DNA of 64,000 bases from Thecamonas trahens ATCC 50062. Taxonomy: Eukaryota; Protista; Apusomonadida. The position numbers and the translations under genes are program-made. Position 1 is the first letter of the stretch. Each line of letters starts with the position of its first letter. The DNA lies in the NCBI RefSeq assembly GCF_000142905.1, contig NW_013657652.1, positions 1 through 64,000 of the forward strand. The letters run 5' to 3'. The notes under the pieces are model-generated. The model saw nothing but the letters and a program-made list of their open reading frames with translations. It searched no databases and was not told the DNA's origin. This document shows positions 40,936 to 53,024 of the stretch, one piece after another.

Positions 40936-43900
40936 ATGGCGCGATCGTGCTGCTGCAATTCCGTCCCGCCCAAGAGTGTGAGAGCCAAACCTGTCACACT
41001 GCCCACTGCCCCCTCGCTCTCTCCGGTGCCACCCGACCACCTCACCTCCTCACCCTCCGCCTCCATGGAGGAGACTACTGAGCAGTCGGGGTCAGAGCAA
41101 GGAAAAGGGACACGCGCGAGTCCTTCCAATGCAGGTACAGGGTGGAAGAGAGCACAGAAGCTTCTGTCGTCATCTGTCTTGCTCACACCGCAGAGAGGAG
41201 GCGCTGGCGCGGGCGAGTCTGCAAACAGGGCTACTCTGGGTGGCCCTCAGGTACCGCCCACACTGCCGCCACCGACGTCTACAAGGGCTGATGTTCCCAA
41301 CTTGGCAACGTTGGCTTCCGTTCCGAGGACAGCTACCTCATGGGACGCTCTAGTGCCGAGAACTCAGCCACATCCAGCGGCAGGGCTCTCCCCGCCGTCG
41401 CCGGCCTCGCTGGCCGCTGTGGTCGTGGCGTCGACGAAGGCTGACAAAATGGGCAAAGATCTGGCATCGCACACGGACAAAGCCAAGCTGACGCTCAGAT
41501 CTATGGCTCTTCTGCCGCACGATGCGCTGGCTGGCGCCCCGTCCGAGGTTCATGCTCTCCTCTCGTCGCTGGCACTCCACATGGGGCACATTATGACCGT
41601 TCTCGCCGCGCCCAAGTACGACAGCGTTGCGGTTCTCCCGTCATTCCCGCTACTTCTCCGCATTGCGGCTGCACCGTTCCGTACTGCCCGTGCACTTGCG
41701 CCCGTGGTCTCACACTCGCCAAGCGCGGCATCGACTGCGTGTGCGCGTGCCTTTGACGTTGCCGGCGTCACCGCTCTCGAAATGATCGAGGCGGCGCTAG
41801 TCTCGCGGCCGGCCTCGCGTGCTGCGCACATGTCGTCAGCGTCGGCACCGCTCCTACTGTCGTTTGCTGCTCAGGTTCTCGACGGCGTGGTCGAGATTGC
41901 CCACGACGGCCTTGCCTCGCTGCTCGGCTTTCTTGGCGCACTGGCGCGGATGCTCCCACCGCAAGCCATCGGTGACTATCTCGACGTGCTCCTCCCGCCG
42001 CTCTTTCACCTCGAGGCTGCGCTGAGCACCATTGCGCCGCACTCGTCGCTCCCCGAGTTCCGGGCCCGCATCGCCGATGTCTACGCCTTGCTCTTTGACT
42101 CGTGTCCACACGCACTCTGTGCGGCGTTTGTTGAGGCCTCTGCATCGAAGGACAAGCTTGTAGCGACTGCAGCTAGCTCGTACGTTCTCCTTCACTGGCG
42201 CGACGTGTGCTGCGTCACTGAGCTGCAACCTGCGCAGCTCTTTGCGCACACGCTTGCATCTGCTGCGCCAGACTTTGGCTCCATCCCGATTCCCGTCATC
42301 GATCTCGGCGGGCCGTACGTCCATGCGGTACTTTCTGCCGTGCTTGACTCGCCGGACAACGATCCGCTCCTTGCCGCGCTCCTGCCGCACCTATCGCCGT
42401 TCGTCGCACCGCACGCAACGGTGTGGATGGCAGAGCGGCTGGCTAACTCTGCGACGCCGCATCCCAAGCGGCTGCTCAAGATCTATGTTCGGCTGATGGA
42501 GACAGGCGGGCCGACGCTGGCGCTCGATCTTGCGGCCACCGTGTATCCGCTTATGTCGTCGTCTCCACTGTGGAGCGGACAGAGCTTGGCGATGGCGAGG
42601 GCGGTCAAGACAACGCTCCGTCTCACACCCTCGGTCTTCTACGGCCCGTTTGCCGCCGCACTCTCGGCCGGCTCTGGAGTCGCCGCTCATGCGCCCACAG
42701 TTGCACTCCTCAAGTACCTGCTCTCGCTGGAGGACCTGTTTGGGCCTCTCGGACCGCTCACCTACCTCCCGGCGGACGTGCTCGCGTCAGCGCTCGAGTT
42801 GACGCCTCTGGCCTTTGGCACGCATGCCTTGCTCCACTACGCTGGGATCTGGGTGGCAGCGCGGCGGGCGGCCAAAGACTCTGGCGCGTCCTTTCAACGG
42901 CTTGTTGCTCACGTCGGAATGTGGGAAGCGGCAATTGCGTGCGTGCTTGCGGCAGCGACGCCGTCGCCGGGCACTCTGTGGATTCATCCCATCCCGACTC
43001 GTGTCCTCATTGTTCAGCTCTGGTACCATACTCGCAAGCTGGCGCGGACGCCGCTTGGTCCAGTCTGGTCGTCGATTGCACTCGCCTGGCTCGGCGAAGC
43101 CGTGGCCGCACTCGGTGACTCGGTCCTCACTCCAGCAGACGCGGCACTGTGGAGCGCGCTGAGTGAAGCAACCCACGCTGCGCACCCGCCGCTCGGCCAC
43201 ATCCTTCCGCGACTTGATGCGCACCTCTCGGGGATCCTGCGGCTGTTCAAGGTCATTATGATCCACCTCCAACCACCGGAGCTCGATGAGCTGCTCGGTC
43301 CGCTGTGGACCCTCCTTAACAGCGCATCGTACGATGCAGTCCAAAACGCTCTCTTTCTGCTCCTCTTTGCGCTGCGGCACAAAGACTACGGGCCATCGGC
43401 CAACGCGCGGCTGCAATCGCTGTTTGATCCAGCCGCTACGCCCGAGCCGGGTAACCGGGTGGCGGCGCTGGAGCGGTTTGTGGTTGTTTGGAATCATCGA
43501 CACTTTCTTGCCCGCAAAGAGGGCGTCATTACCAAGAGGCGCGAGTACTCGCATATCCCGTTCCAGCCTACGCGGGTCGGCTCGCTTGACATGTCGGTCC
43601 GCTCGCAGTGGGAGGCGTCGAGCTCGGCGCATGCGGTGTACACGCCGGCAGCAACGGTGGCGTTTGAAGCGACAGATGTGTTCAATGGCGAGCGCGGGGC
43701 ACGCGCGCGGCTGGCTTCAGCGGCGCTAGCGTCGTCTCGGTCGCCATCGGCTGCAAACCGGGCGCCGCCGCGCCACCACCGCGGCACTGTGGAGCGCGCT
43801 GAGTGAAGCAACCCACGCTGCGCACCCGCCGCTCGGCCACGTCCTTCCGCGACTTGATGCGCACCTCTCGGGGATCCTGCGGCTGTTCAAGGTCATTATG

Positions 43901-46900
43901 ATCCACCTCCAACCGCCGGAGCTCGATGAGCTGCTCGGTCCGCTGTGGACCCTCCTTAACAGCGCATCGTACGATGCAGTCCAAAACGCTCTCTTTCTGC
44001 TCCTCTTTGCGCTGCGGCACAAAGACTACGGGCCGTCGGCCAACGCGCGGCTGCAATCGCTGTTTGATCCAGCCGCTACGCCCGAGCCGGGTAACCGGGT
44101 GGCGGCGCTGGAGCGGTTTGTGGTTGTTTGGAATCATCGACACTTTCTTGCCCGCAAAGAGGGCGTCATTACCAAGAGGCGCGAGTACTCGCATATCCCG
44201 TTCCAGCCTACGCGGGTCGGCTCGCTTGACATGTCGGTCCGCTCGCAGTGGGAGGCGTCGAGCTCGGCGCATGCGGTGTACACGCCGGCAGCAACGGTGG
44301 CGTTTGAAGCGACAGATGTGTTCAATGGCGAGCGCGGGGCGCGCGCGCGGCTGGCTTCAGCGGCGCTAGCGTCGTCTCGGTCGCCATCGGCTGCAAACCG
44401 GGCGCCGCCGCCGCCGCCACCGACGCCGCCGACAGGCCTCACCAACAGCGCACACGGGCGGCGTGGCGGAGCCAACGGCGCGGCAGATGACTCGCCGTCG
44501 TCGCTCGACCTCACCAACTTGCTCTCGCGACCGCTAGCCACGTCGGACGACCTTCCGCAGTGGCTGCAGGACATGCAAGCCGAGTTGCTGGCCATGGAGC
44601 GGATGCACGCCAACTCGACAACTGCCGAAATCTATGCTGAAGACGAGTTCTCGTCGCGGGCTTCGTCGCGAATCCGTGACGAGACTCGGGCACGGATTGC
44701 CCGCCAGCGGACCCGACTGGCGTCGGGCTCTATTGCGGTCCACGTCTCCAAGTACCACCAGAAGCTTGCCGCCATCGACCAGATGTACTACGCCGACCTC
44801 GAGGCCAAGCGGAAGCACAAGCGGAGCGCAGCGCATGGAGCGGGCGGAGAGGCGAACGAGGAAAAGGGCACAACGTTTGGCGACGACTCGATTGTGTTGG
44901 GCGGTCCTCGGCCGCTGGACGACTCGTGGGATTCGGACGACGAGTTTGAGGCCTCCGACGACTCGCGGACATCGACGGAGTCTCTGCATCGTTTGCGGCG
45001 ACTGCGGCTCCCGCACTCGCAGCTTTACCATATTGTCCACACCGAGTCGGGGGTCGAGCAGGTGGCGATTCGGCAGGGCTACGGGCTCTCGCCGGGCTCG
45101 GCCGGCGGCGGCGGATATGGCGGGATCGACGGGTGTGGTAGTGGCGGCGGGCGGCGGCGGGTGAGCTCGGCGATCGGCTCGGCGTCACCCGGAGTAGGCG
45201 TGGAGGGGCCAGCCGGTGCAGCTCCATCGTCTGTGACGGTTGTGGGCTTGGACGGTCTTAATCCTGCGTTTCTACATGCAGAGCCAGAAGCGTTTGAGTT
45301 TCCGCGTGCCTTTGGCCAGCTCATTTCGTGGGTGGTCTCCTCGATGCACGATGACGATCGGGCAGTGGCGACGCTTGCGGTGGCGGTAGTTACTGACTGT
45401 GTGGCTCAGAACGCGCCGCTCTTTCTGCACTACATCTTTGAGTCGATTTTTGACGCCGTCGACGAGCCAATGGCACAAGAGGCACACCTATCAACGCTGG
45501 CAACAATCCGGGCATCACTTGTCGAGATCACGCCCGAGTTTGCGTATCACACCTTCAACTACCTGCTTGGGCTCTGTCTCTGGTACAAGGCGCAGGCACG
45601 CGACGTGGACGTCATCTCGGCGATGGTGCTTCCGCTCATGGCTCGGCTCATCCCGCACATTCCCGGCTTTTCACTGCGGGCTCTGCGGCGCGAGCGAGGC
45701 GAGTTTCTACTCTCGACGCTACCGTCGGTGTACGCGACGTCGGCGCGGGAGCGCGATCGCGCTGCGGCGCGCAAGCGAAAGCGGGACATGCTGGCGTCGC
45801 GCGGAGCGGCCCAGATTCGCAAGTCGACGCCGCCAGGCACGGTAGCTGCTGCGTTTCTCGCGGTGCCCTCGCGACACGACACCCAGCGCGACCACGACGT
45901 GCTGGTCCAGGCGCGGATTCTCGCAAGTCGGTCGGTGTGGCGGCCGCCACTGTGGTTCGAGACGGCGGCGCTCGATGTGGCCAAGCTCACGTTTATGCAC
46001 GCGCTGCTTGAGGCGCTCTCGTTCGAGGTGCTGTACTTTGAGGAGATTCTCTCGCGGCCGTTTGCGCACACCCACCTCCTCCGAGTCGCCGCAAGCCCGG
46101 CTGGCTCTGGCCTAGCAAGCAGCCGCGGCGGCGGGCCGCGCTCGGGCTCACTCTCGCCGCTGGTCTCGTCACGAGCCGGACCGAACGGCAGGCCGGGGGT
46201 GGAAGTGCCGCAGCGGACCGGGCCGGCGTCGTGGCTCGACGTGGCGAAGGAGCCGCCGCCGCCGCCGCCGCCGCCGGGGGTGCAGCTTGTGGAGCGGATG
46301 GGACTTGATGCGGTGGCATGCGTCCATGGCACCAAGCTGCGCGTGTGGCTCCGGCTAGTGCGGCAGCTCCTGGAGCTGATGCCGTGTGACTCGCGGCGGC
46401 TTGGGCCGCTGATGTCGTGCGTGACGCGGCTAATGCAGATGAGGTCGGACGACGAGAGTGTGGTGCGGCTTGCACTGGACGTCTTTGTGTGCGCTGTGCC
46501 GCGGTTCACACTCTTCTTCCGCAAATCAGACGGCTATGCGCTGGTACTGCCGCCGCTGCTCGCGCTTTATGCGCGGGTCGGCTTCCACCAGGTCATTCGA
46601 TCGCTCATCGAGGACGCGTGGCTGCTGCTGCTCTCGTACGCGCCGCGCACGTTTGTGCTCCATGCGCTGGCGGCACTCGGAACGCCGTCAGCGGCCGGGC
46701 AGTCCGAGGCGACGGTCCTGCTGGAGCTGCTGGTCTCGGGCATGCCGCTTGCGCTAGGCGCGACGGCCGAGGCCGGGCAGCCCGCGCACTCCCGCGACCA
46801 TGTGGCGTCGCGGGAGAACCTTGTGCGGCTTGTGGTCTCTGTCGTTGCACTGGACCCGTTCTCGTCGCGGACGCTGGCGTACCTGGGCATCCTGCACCGC

Positions 46901-48472
46901 TTGCTGCCGCAGCTGGTCGAGACAGCGACGTTTGCGGGTGCGATGTGGAGCGCGCCGTTTGAGGCGCTGTTCACTGCGCTTGATGCAGCGTTTTCCAAGC
47001 CGCGCGCGCTGGTCGGCTTGCCGCTCGCAAACGGAGTGGCACTGCTTGAGGTTGTAGCCCGGTTCGCGCGGCTGGGTGGGAGCTTCTCGTCGGCGCACGC
47101 GAGAATGGTACGCCGGGTCATGGGTACGATGCTCTGTGCGTCGACGCCAAGTGCGCTGGCCGAGGCCGGCGAGGGGCGTGGCGGCAGCCGCGGTGGCGGA
47201 AGACCGCAGGACGAGGGAGAGCCGTTGGAGAGCCAACGGAGCAGCAGCTCCGAGGCCGCGAGCGCGTCGGTCGGCCTCGAGTGGTTCAACGAGCGGCTGG
47301 TGGAACGGGCGCTTGCGGCCGGCGACGCGTCGCCGCAGCTCGGGGCGATGCTGGACGCAGTGGCGCTGGCTGTGGTGGACTTTGTGCAAGGCATGGCACA
47401 GTGGCCGGGCTCGGGCGTCCTGCTCGCTGGCTTGCGCACGCTGCTGCAGCGGTATCCCCACCGGCTCTCGCTCAACGTGTCTGCGCATGTGGTGACGCCA
47501 CTGTTCCCGCTGACACTTGCGGCGCACACGGCAGCGTCTGTCCGCGACGCGCTGATGCTCCTTGTTGTGGCGCTGCTAGAGGCGTCCGACTTTGACGTTC
47601 TCCCGCCACTAGTGAGCGCGCTGGCCAAGCTGGTGCCAACGCTCGCGTCGACCGGGTACAAGACTAGCTCGCGAGTGTGGGCCAAGCTGGGGCGGACGCT
47701 CGGCAAGGCACGGCGCAAGGCGCGGATCCCAGAGCCAAGCAGTGGTGGGCTGCCGCTCCCAATTGTGCTCCGGGTCCTTGTCCCTGTGGCGCTGTACTAC
47801 GGAAGCGGTGAGCATGCCACAGCACACGCGCCACACCGGCACTGGCCGCAGCTCCTCCGACTCCTCCTTCCGACGCTGCACGAGCCAGACACGCCTGGGT
47901 TTTGCGTGGCAGTCCTCGCGCTACGGAGCATGCTCCTCCGCGGCTCGCCATATGTGGTCTCGACATGGCCGGCGGCGGCGGTGGCCATCAATCGGGCGCG
48001 CGAACTCCGTGGGCTCGTAAGGTTTGCCCTCTCTGCGCCGGCGCTGCGCAGGCTCGACGCGGCGCTGGCAAACGGCCCAGCATCATCTGCAGAGCTACGG
48101 TCCGAGTGGCTCACGCTCTGCTCACGGCTGGCGTCGTTTGAGCGGCACGTCCTTGGCTACGACCTTGACTCTGAGCCGGCGCCCTCGTTCTCAGCGTCGA
48201 CGGCTGCGTTCCAAGTTCCGGCGATTGCTATCACGACGGCGACGCCGGTCAAGACTGCTGTCTCCACCAGCGAGTCTGACGATGAGGGCGCGGATGCCAG
48301 CGCCCGCCTGGACGACGGCGCTACTCCTAGCGCTCGGCGCGACAGCTGCAGCTCGGACTCGGGCTCCACCAGCAATGGCGGCCGTAGAGCCGGCACAGCG
48401 CAGTACTCGTCGTCTCACACCTCATCCTCCGAGTATTCGTTCGAGGGCGTGACGATCCAATCTCGGGAGTAG
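40936..48472 (+). CDS. UNC80: UNC80-like NALCN channelosome scaffold; one gene split into two ORFs by an internal 640-bp duplication (start uncertain)
   Basis: Blocks collinear with animal UNC80: RVAALERFVVVWNHR, FP...SMHDD...VA..A...DCV...P.LFL, HTFNYLLGL, MGLD...KLRVW..L...LL..MP, RF..FF..DGYALVLP.LL.LY...IRSLIE.AW...FVLHA. Removing one copy of the repeat joins ORFs 40768..43806 and 43898..48472. Confidence 0.85.
43141..44411. repeat. Direct tandem duplication of ~631-bp copies at offset 640 (43141-43771 / 43781-44411)
   Basis: Base-by-base comparison shows identity except four A/G differences (43201/43841, 43275/43915, 43395/44035, 43701/44341). Confidence 0.98.
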
Positions 48473-48765
48473 GGCGCCGTCTGTAGACGAACATGGAAAC
48501 GCAATGACATGATTGTGTGTAGCATGAAGAGAAAGAGTGTGCTAGCCGGAGAGCCAGCAGCTGGCCAGCAGCAGGGCATCCGAGCACCAGCTAGCGAGCT
48601 GGGGTCGGCCGAGTTCCGTCGGGCAGCGCTCCGATCACAACCAGACGACTACCGCCACCCACCCACCCACCCCCACCTACCACCACCACTCCTCTCCCCC
48701 CCTCCCCCCCCCCTCCCACTCACCCCCACCACACTACATCCTCTCCTCACCCGCCCCTTGCTACC

Positions 48766-49794
48766 ATGGACGAGAAGCGGGCTGCGTTTGAGGCAAGGGC
48801 CATGCGCCGCAACAAGAGCGCTGACGAGCCGCTTGCGGGCTTTGCCTACGGCAAGGGCCAGCCTGCCTACTGCTACCACGGGCCGCTAATGTATGAAGCC
48901 AAGATCCGTGACGTGAAGCTGTCTGCTGAGCGGGTGCCTATGTACCTTGTTCACTATCGTGGGTGGAACGAGGCATGGGATGAGTGGGTCAACGAAGGCC
49001 GGCTCCGGCCCTACATCTACGACGTCCATCTGGATGTGGTGGCGGCGAGGACCCAGGCGTCGCGCGACTACAAAGCCCAGCAGGACAAGCTCAAGGCAGA
49101 TGCCGCAAAGGTGGATGCCAAGTCAAAGGCGTCAAAGGCGGCAAGGATGACCAAGATTGTCCTCAAGTCGTCGTTCTCGGCTCCGTCATCAAAGTCCCGC
49201 AAACGCAAGGCCTCGGCCTCGGCCTCAGACTCGGCGAGCAAGCGCGCCAAGCCGTCAACGTCTGCAAACGCGTCAGCAGTGGAAAAGGCCCGCGCCGAGC
49301 TGGAGATGGATCTGCCTGAGCTGCTGGTCCAGTTTCTGCTCTCGGACGCCGAGTTTGTGACCAAGGAGAAAAAGTTGGTGAGCCTGCCGCGGACGCCGAC
49401 GGTGTCGTCGGTTCTGCGCTCGTTTCTTGACGCGCTCGGCGTGACTGGCCTCGACCCGCGCATTGCCATCATCGACGGCTTGCGGTCGCTGTTCAACCTC
49501 GCGCTTCCGCTGCGGCTACTGTACCGGTTCGAGCGGCTGCAGTTTATCGAGTCGGTCCGCGACGGCGCCAACACGCCCGACGCCGCCGACGTCTATGGTG
49601 CTGAGCACTTGCTGCGGCTCATTGTCCGCCTCCCGTCGATTGTCGATCCGATGGCGTACTCGCCGGACGAGCGTTCACTGCTTGCCTCGTGCCTGCAGGA
49701 CCTTGTGCAGTTCCTCGAGGCCAACCCGCACGTCTTCCTCGACGTTTACGAAACGCCGACGCCGGCGTACCTGCGTATGAACGGAGGCCCGTAG
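48766..49794 (+). CDS. EAF3: MRG15/Eaf3 chromo-barrel + MRG domain protein
   Basis: CYHGPLMYEAKI, YLVHYRGWNEAWDEWV, LVSLPRTPTV, FNLALPLRLLYRFERLQF, VYGAEHLLRLIVRLP. Confidence 0.96.
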   Translation: MDEKRAAFEARAMRRNKSADEPLAGFAYGKGQPAYCYHGPLMYEAKIRDVKLSAERVPMYLVHYRGWNEAWDEWVNEGRLRPYIYDVHLDVVAARTQASRDYKAQQDKLKADAAKVDAKSKASKAARMTKIVLKSSFSAPSSKSRKRKASASASDSASKRAKPSTSANASAVEKARAELEMDLPELLVQFLLSDAEFVTKEKKLVSLPRTPTVSSVLRSFLDALGVTGLDPRIAIIDGLRSLFNLALPLRLLYRFERLQFIESVRDGANTPDAADVYGAEHLLRLIVRLPSIVDPMAYSPDERSLLASCLQDLVQFLEANPHVFLDVYETPTPAYLRMNGGP

Positions 49795-49882
49795 CAGACT
49801 CCCATTCCCCTACTCGCGACCATGTGCAACAAGCTGGGTGCCGTAAACGGTTTATGTCTGCAAAAGGAAGGTGTCCGCTGGC

Positions 49883-50719
49883 CTACGCCCAGGCGAACAT
49901 GATGGAAAGGAGGCCGGCGAGCGCCATGAGCGCCGCGTTGGGCGCCGAGAGCATGGCGGCCGACGACGACGAGACCTCGTTGCCGGAGCTGTCGGTCGTC
50001 TTGAACTGGTACGAGTTGGAGCGGGTCGAGATCGCGCGCGACGTGGTGCTTGACGTCGAACCCGAGCCCGAGCCCGAGCCTGAGGTCGAGCCCGAGGTCG
50101 AGCCGGCCGACGACTCGGAGCCGACGAGGACCGAGACAAGGGTCTTGCCACGGTTCGCCTCGATGGTCGCCGATGAGATGGTGGTGGAGGCGAGGACGGC
50201 GCCGGTCGTCGACTTGGCCGAGACCGCCACATCGCCCGAGGACGAGACAGTCGTCGTCTGCACACCCAGGTATGCCGAGACCGACGACGAGCCGACCTCA
50301 AGGGTGAGCGAGCCGGTGAGGCCGAGGCCAGCGTTCATGACCACGATCGACGTCTCCGACGCCGACGTCGAGGTCTCGGCGAGCGTCTCGAGCGCAAACG
50401 AGGCCGTGAGGCTCGACGACGAGCGGACAGCAAAGACGCGGCGATCCGACCGCTCGGTAGGCACCGTGTACGCCTTGGTCGCAACCTCGGTTCCATCGGA
50501 CGACTTGAGCTGCAGGTTGAGCACCGCAGTAGGCGGCGTGTACGTCAGCGTCGCGCACTGCTGCGACGCCACGTTGCCGGTCGTCTCCGACGTAACCGCT
50601 GAGTTGGTGAGGCTCATCGAGCCGCCCGACTCGGCGTAGTTGCAAAAGGTAAGCTCGTCTGCGGTCGCGGCGAGGGCGAGGGTAACGACAATGACAAGAG
50701 CGAAGATCTGGGTCTGCAT
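49883..50719 (-). CDS. Secreted, probably GPI-anchored surface protein (paralog of 16136-16999)
   Basis: Signal peptide MQTQIFALVIVVTLALAATA; shares ADELTFCNY, VTSETTG, QC, LQLK..SDG, RSDRRVFAVRSS, GKT.VSVL.GSESSAGST with the paralog; hydrophobic C-terminus. Confidence 0.88.
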   Translation of the reverse strand: MQTQIFALVIVVTLALAATADELTFCNYAESGGSMSLTNSAVTSETTGNVASQQCATLTYTPPTAVLNLQLKSSDGTEVATKAYTVPTERSDRRVFAVRSSSSLTASFALETLAETSTSASETSIVVMNAGLGLTGSLTLEVGSSSVSAYLGVQTTTVSSSGDVAVSAKSTTGAVLASTTISSATIEANRGKTLVSVLVGSESSAGSTSGSTSGSGSGSGSTSSTTSRAISTRSNSYQFKTTDSSGNEVSSSSAAMLSAPNAALMALAGLLSIMFAWA

Positions 50720-51483
50720 GCTGAAGCTGTGGTGGGTCTGCGAAAAGGAATAACATGTGCACGGCGTAAAATGTGTTCTCATTTTGTGCTCTCCCGAGTG
50801 TTCGTGAAGATAGGTGGCGTGGTGTCGACGTCACTCGGCACGTGCCGGGCGGGTATGGCGTCATTGGGGAGGAGGGTTCGATGAAGCTGTGAGGTATAGC
50901 AAGGGAGTCAGAAATGCACTAGGCATGGTGCTGGTTGGTGGTGTGGAAGCTTGACGACAGGAGGATAGCGTGTAGGGTGCATACGTGCTGGGGGAGTAGG
51001 GCGCCTGGAGGAAGTTGTCTGGAAAAAAAAGTTGAAAAAGGTGACGTCTTGCCACACAGCCAGACCACGCGTGCTGCGAGCGGCACTTGTGGTTAACAGG
51101 CCGAGCATTTGCATTGTGCGTCCCTACTGACTGTTAGGTGGAGGCCAGGGTCCGGGAAGGTCAAGGGGAAGGCTCTGCCAGTCCAGCCAGTTGACCTTGT
51201 GACTCTTTCGAAGGCCTTGCTGCCGAAACAGACTACTGCAGCAGGACTTGGATAAGCCGGAAAATCTGTCTGTCTGCCAGGACGCCCCCCCCCCCGACCA
51301 CCCACCGCCACCCGCCGCCCGCCACCCGCCCACACTACCAGCCGCCACCCGCCCGCCGCCAGCCGACGGCCAGCCGTCGACCCGCGACACTGCGACACCG
51401 CTACGCCGGCGACCCCAACCCAAGCCAGCCTTAGCCTCAGCCTCAACCCCAGCCTCAGTCACCCAACTCGGTGAGCAGTAGTG

Positions 51484-51578
51484 ATGGCCGACTCATGGTG
51501 CACCATTGAGAGTGACCCCGGTACGTCACCACCTCTTCTACAGTGCCTTGTCCATATACGCCACCCGCCCCCCCCCTT

Positions 51579-51618
<40 letters not shown>

Positions 51619-52825
51619 CCTCCCCCCAACCCCCAACCCCCCCCCCTCAACCCCCCCGCCGCCTCTCCAGGTCGCACACCAGCAGGTCGCTATCCCGCCC
51701 GGTGGCCACCAAAGGACCCCCCCACACACACACACACACACTCACTACTCGGTGGACATAGGCGTCTTCACGGAGTTGATCGAGAAGATCGGGGTGGAGG
51801 GCGTGCAGGTGGAGGAGCTGTACTCGCTCGATGATGAGACAATGGCCAGCATTGAGCCCATCTACGGATTCATCTTTCTCTTCAAGTATGACTCGTCCAT
51901 GTCGTCGAGTGGACAGGCCGAGACCGACGCGTCGGCCCATCCGGGCTTGTTCTTTGCCAAGCAGGTCATCAACAACGCGTGTGCAACCCAGGCGATCATA
52001 TCGGTCCTTCTCAACGTGCCGCAGATCGAGGTCGGGGCTACTCTTGCAGAGTACAAGGACTTTGCCGCGAGCATGGACCCGGAGCTTCGTGGCCTCGCTC
52101 TCTCCAACCAGGAAACCATCAAGCGGATGCACAACTCGTTTGCCCGCCCGGAGCCGTTTGTGATGGAGTCGGCCCGTGCCACAAAGGAGGACGATGTCTA
52201 CCACTTTGTCTCGTACATTCCGTTCGGCGACTCGCTGTACGAGCTCGACGGCCTTCAGGCTGGACCCATCAACCACGGCCCCGTCGGCGAGTCATGGCTT
52301 GCCAAGGCCCGCGAGGTCATTGCTGCCCGCATCGAAAAGTACGCCTCGTCCGAAATCCGCTTCAACCTCCTGGCCGTTGTCAAGAACCGCCGCACCCTCT
52401 ACTGCGAGGACATCGTAGCCAAGAAGGCCACCCTACGCGCCGCCGCCGCCGCCCTGCAGGCCTCGACCGACGGCAGTGCCCTTGATGGCCTCGATATGCC
52501 CATGATCGAGGCCTATGGCGCCGTCACCCCCGAGGAGCTCGAGCTCTCGCGCATCTCCGACCCGGACGCGCCGAGCCTCGTCAACGGCGGCGAGCCGCTT
52601 CCGGCCGACCTCGCCGGCCTTCGTGCCCTGGCGGCCTCGCTCCCGGATGAAATCACCATCCTCATCAACAAGATCCAGGCCGAGAAGGCCAAGTACGCCG
52701 CGTGGCAGCTCGACAACATCCGCCGCAAGCACAACTACGTCCCCTTCATCGTTGCCATGCTCAAACACCTTGCCCGCAAGGGCGAGCTCATCCCGCTCAT
52801 CAACGGCGCCACCGCCGACGCGTAA
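51484..52825 (+). CDS. UCHL5: Ubiquitin C-terminal hydrolase UCH37/UCHL5; exons 51484-51520 and 51762-52825
   Basis: MADSWCTIESDP|GVFTELIE across a GTACGT...TAG intron; FFAKQVINNACATQA, YHFVSY, LYELDGL, EIRFNLLAV, NIRRKHNYVPFI. Confidence 0.97.
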
Positions 52826-53024
52826 TAAGCACCTGCCCCAGTGCCGATGAAACATGCCTACCTCCACCCATCCCGCCCCTCTATGCTCTGCCTCGGCCAG
52901 CACGACCATTGCGTGCGACAGCCAGCCTCCCGCCAGCTCGCCAGCCCACACCAACACCACTCGCCACTCTCCACTCTGCCCTTCACACCTCCCCACGGCC
53001 ACCTCCCCACCACCACCACCACCC

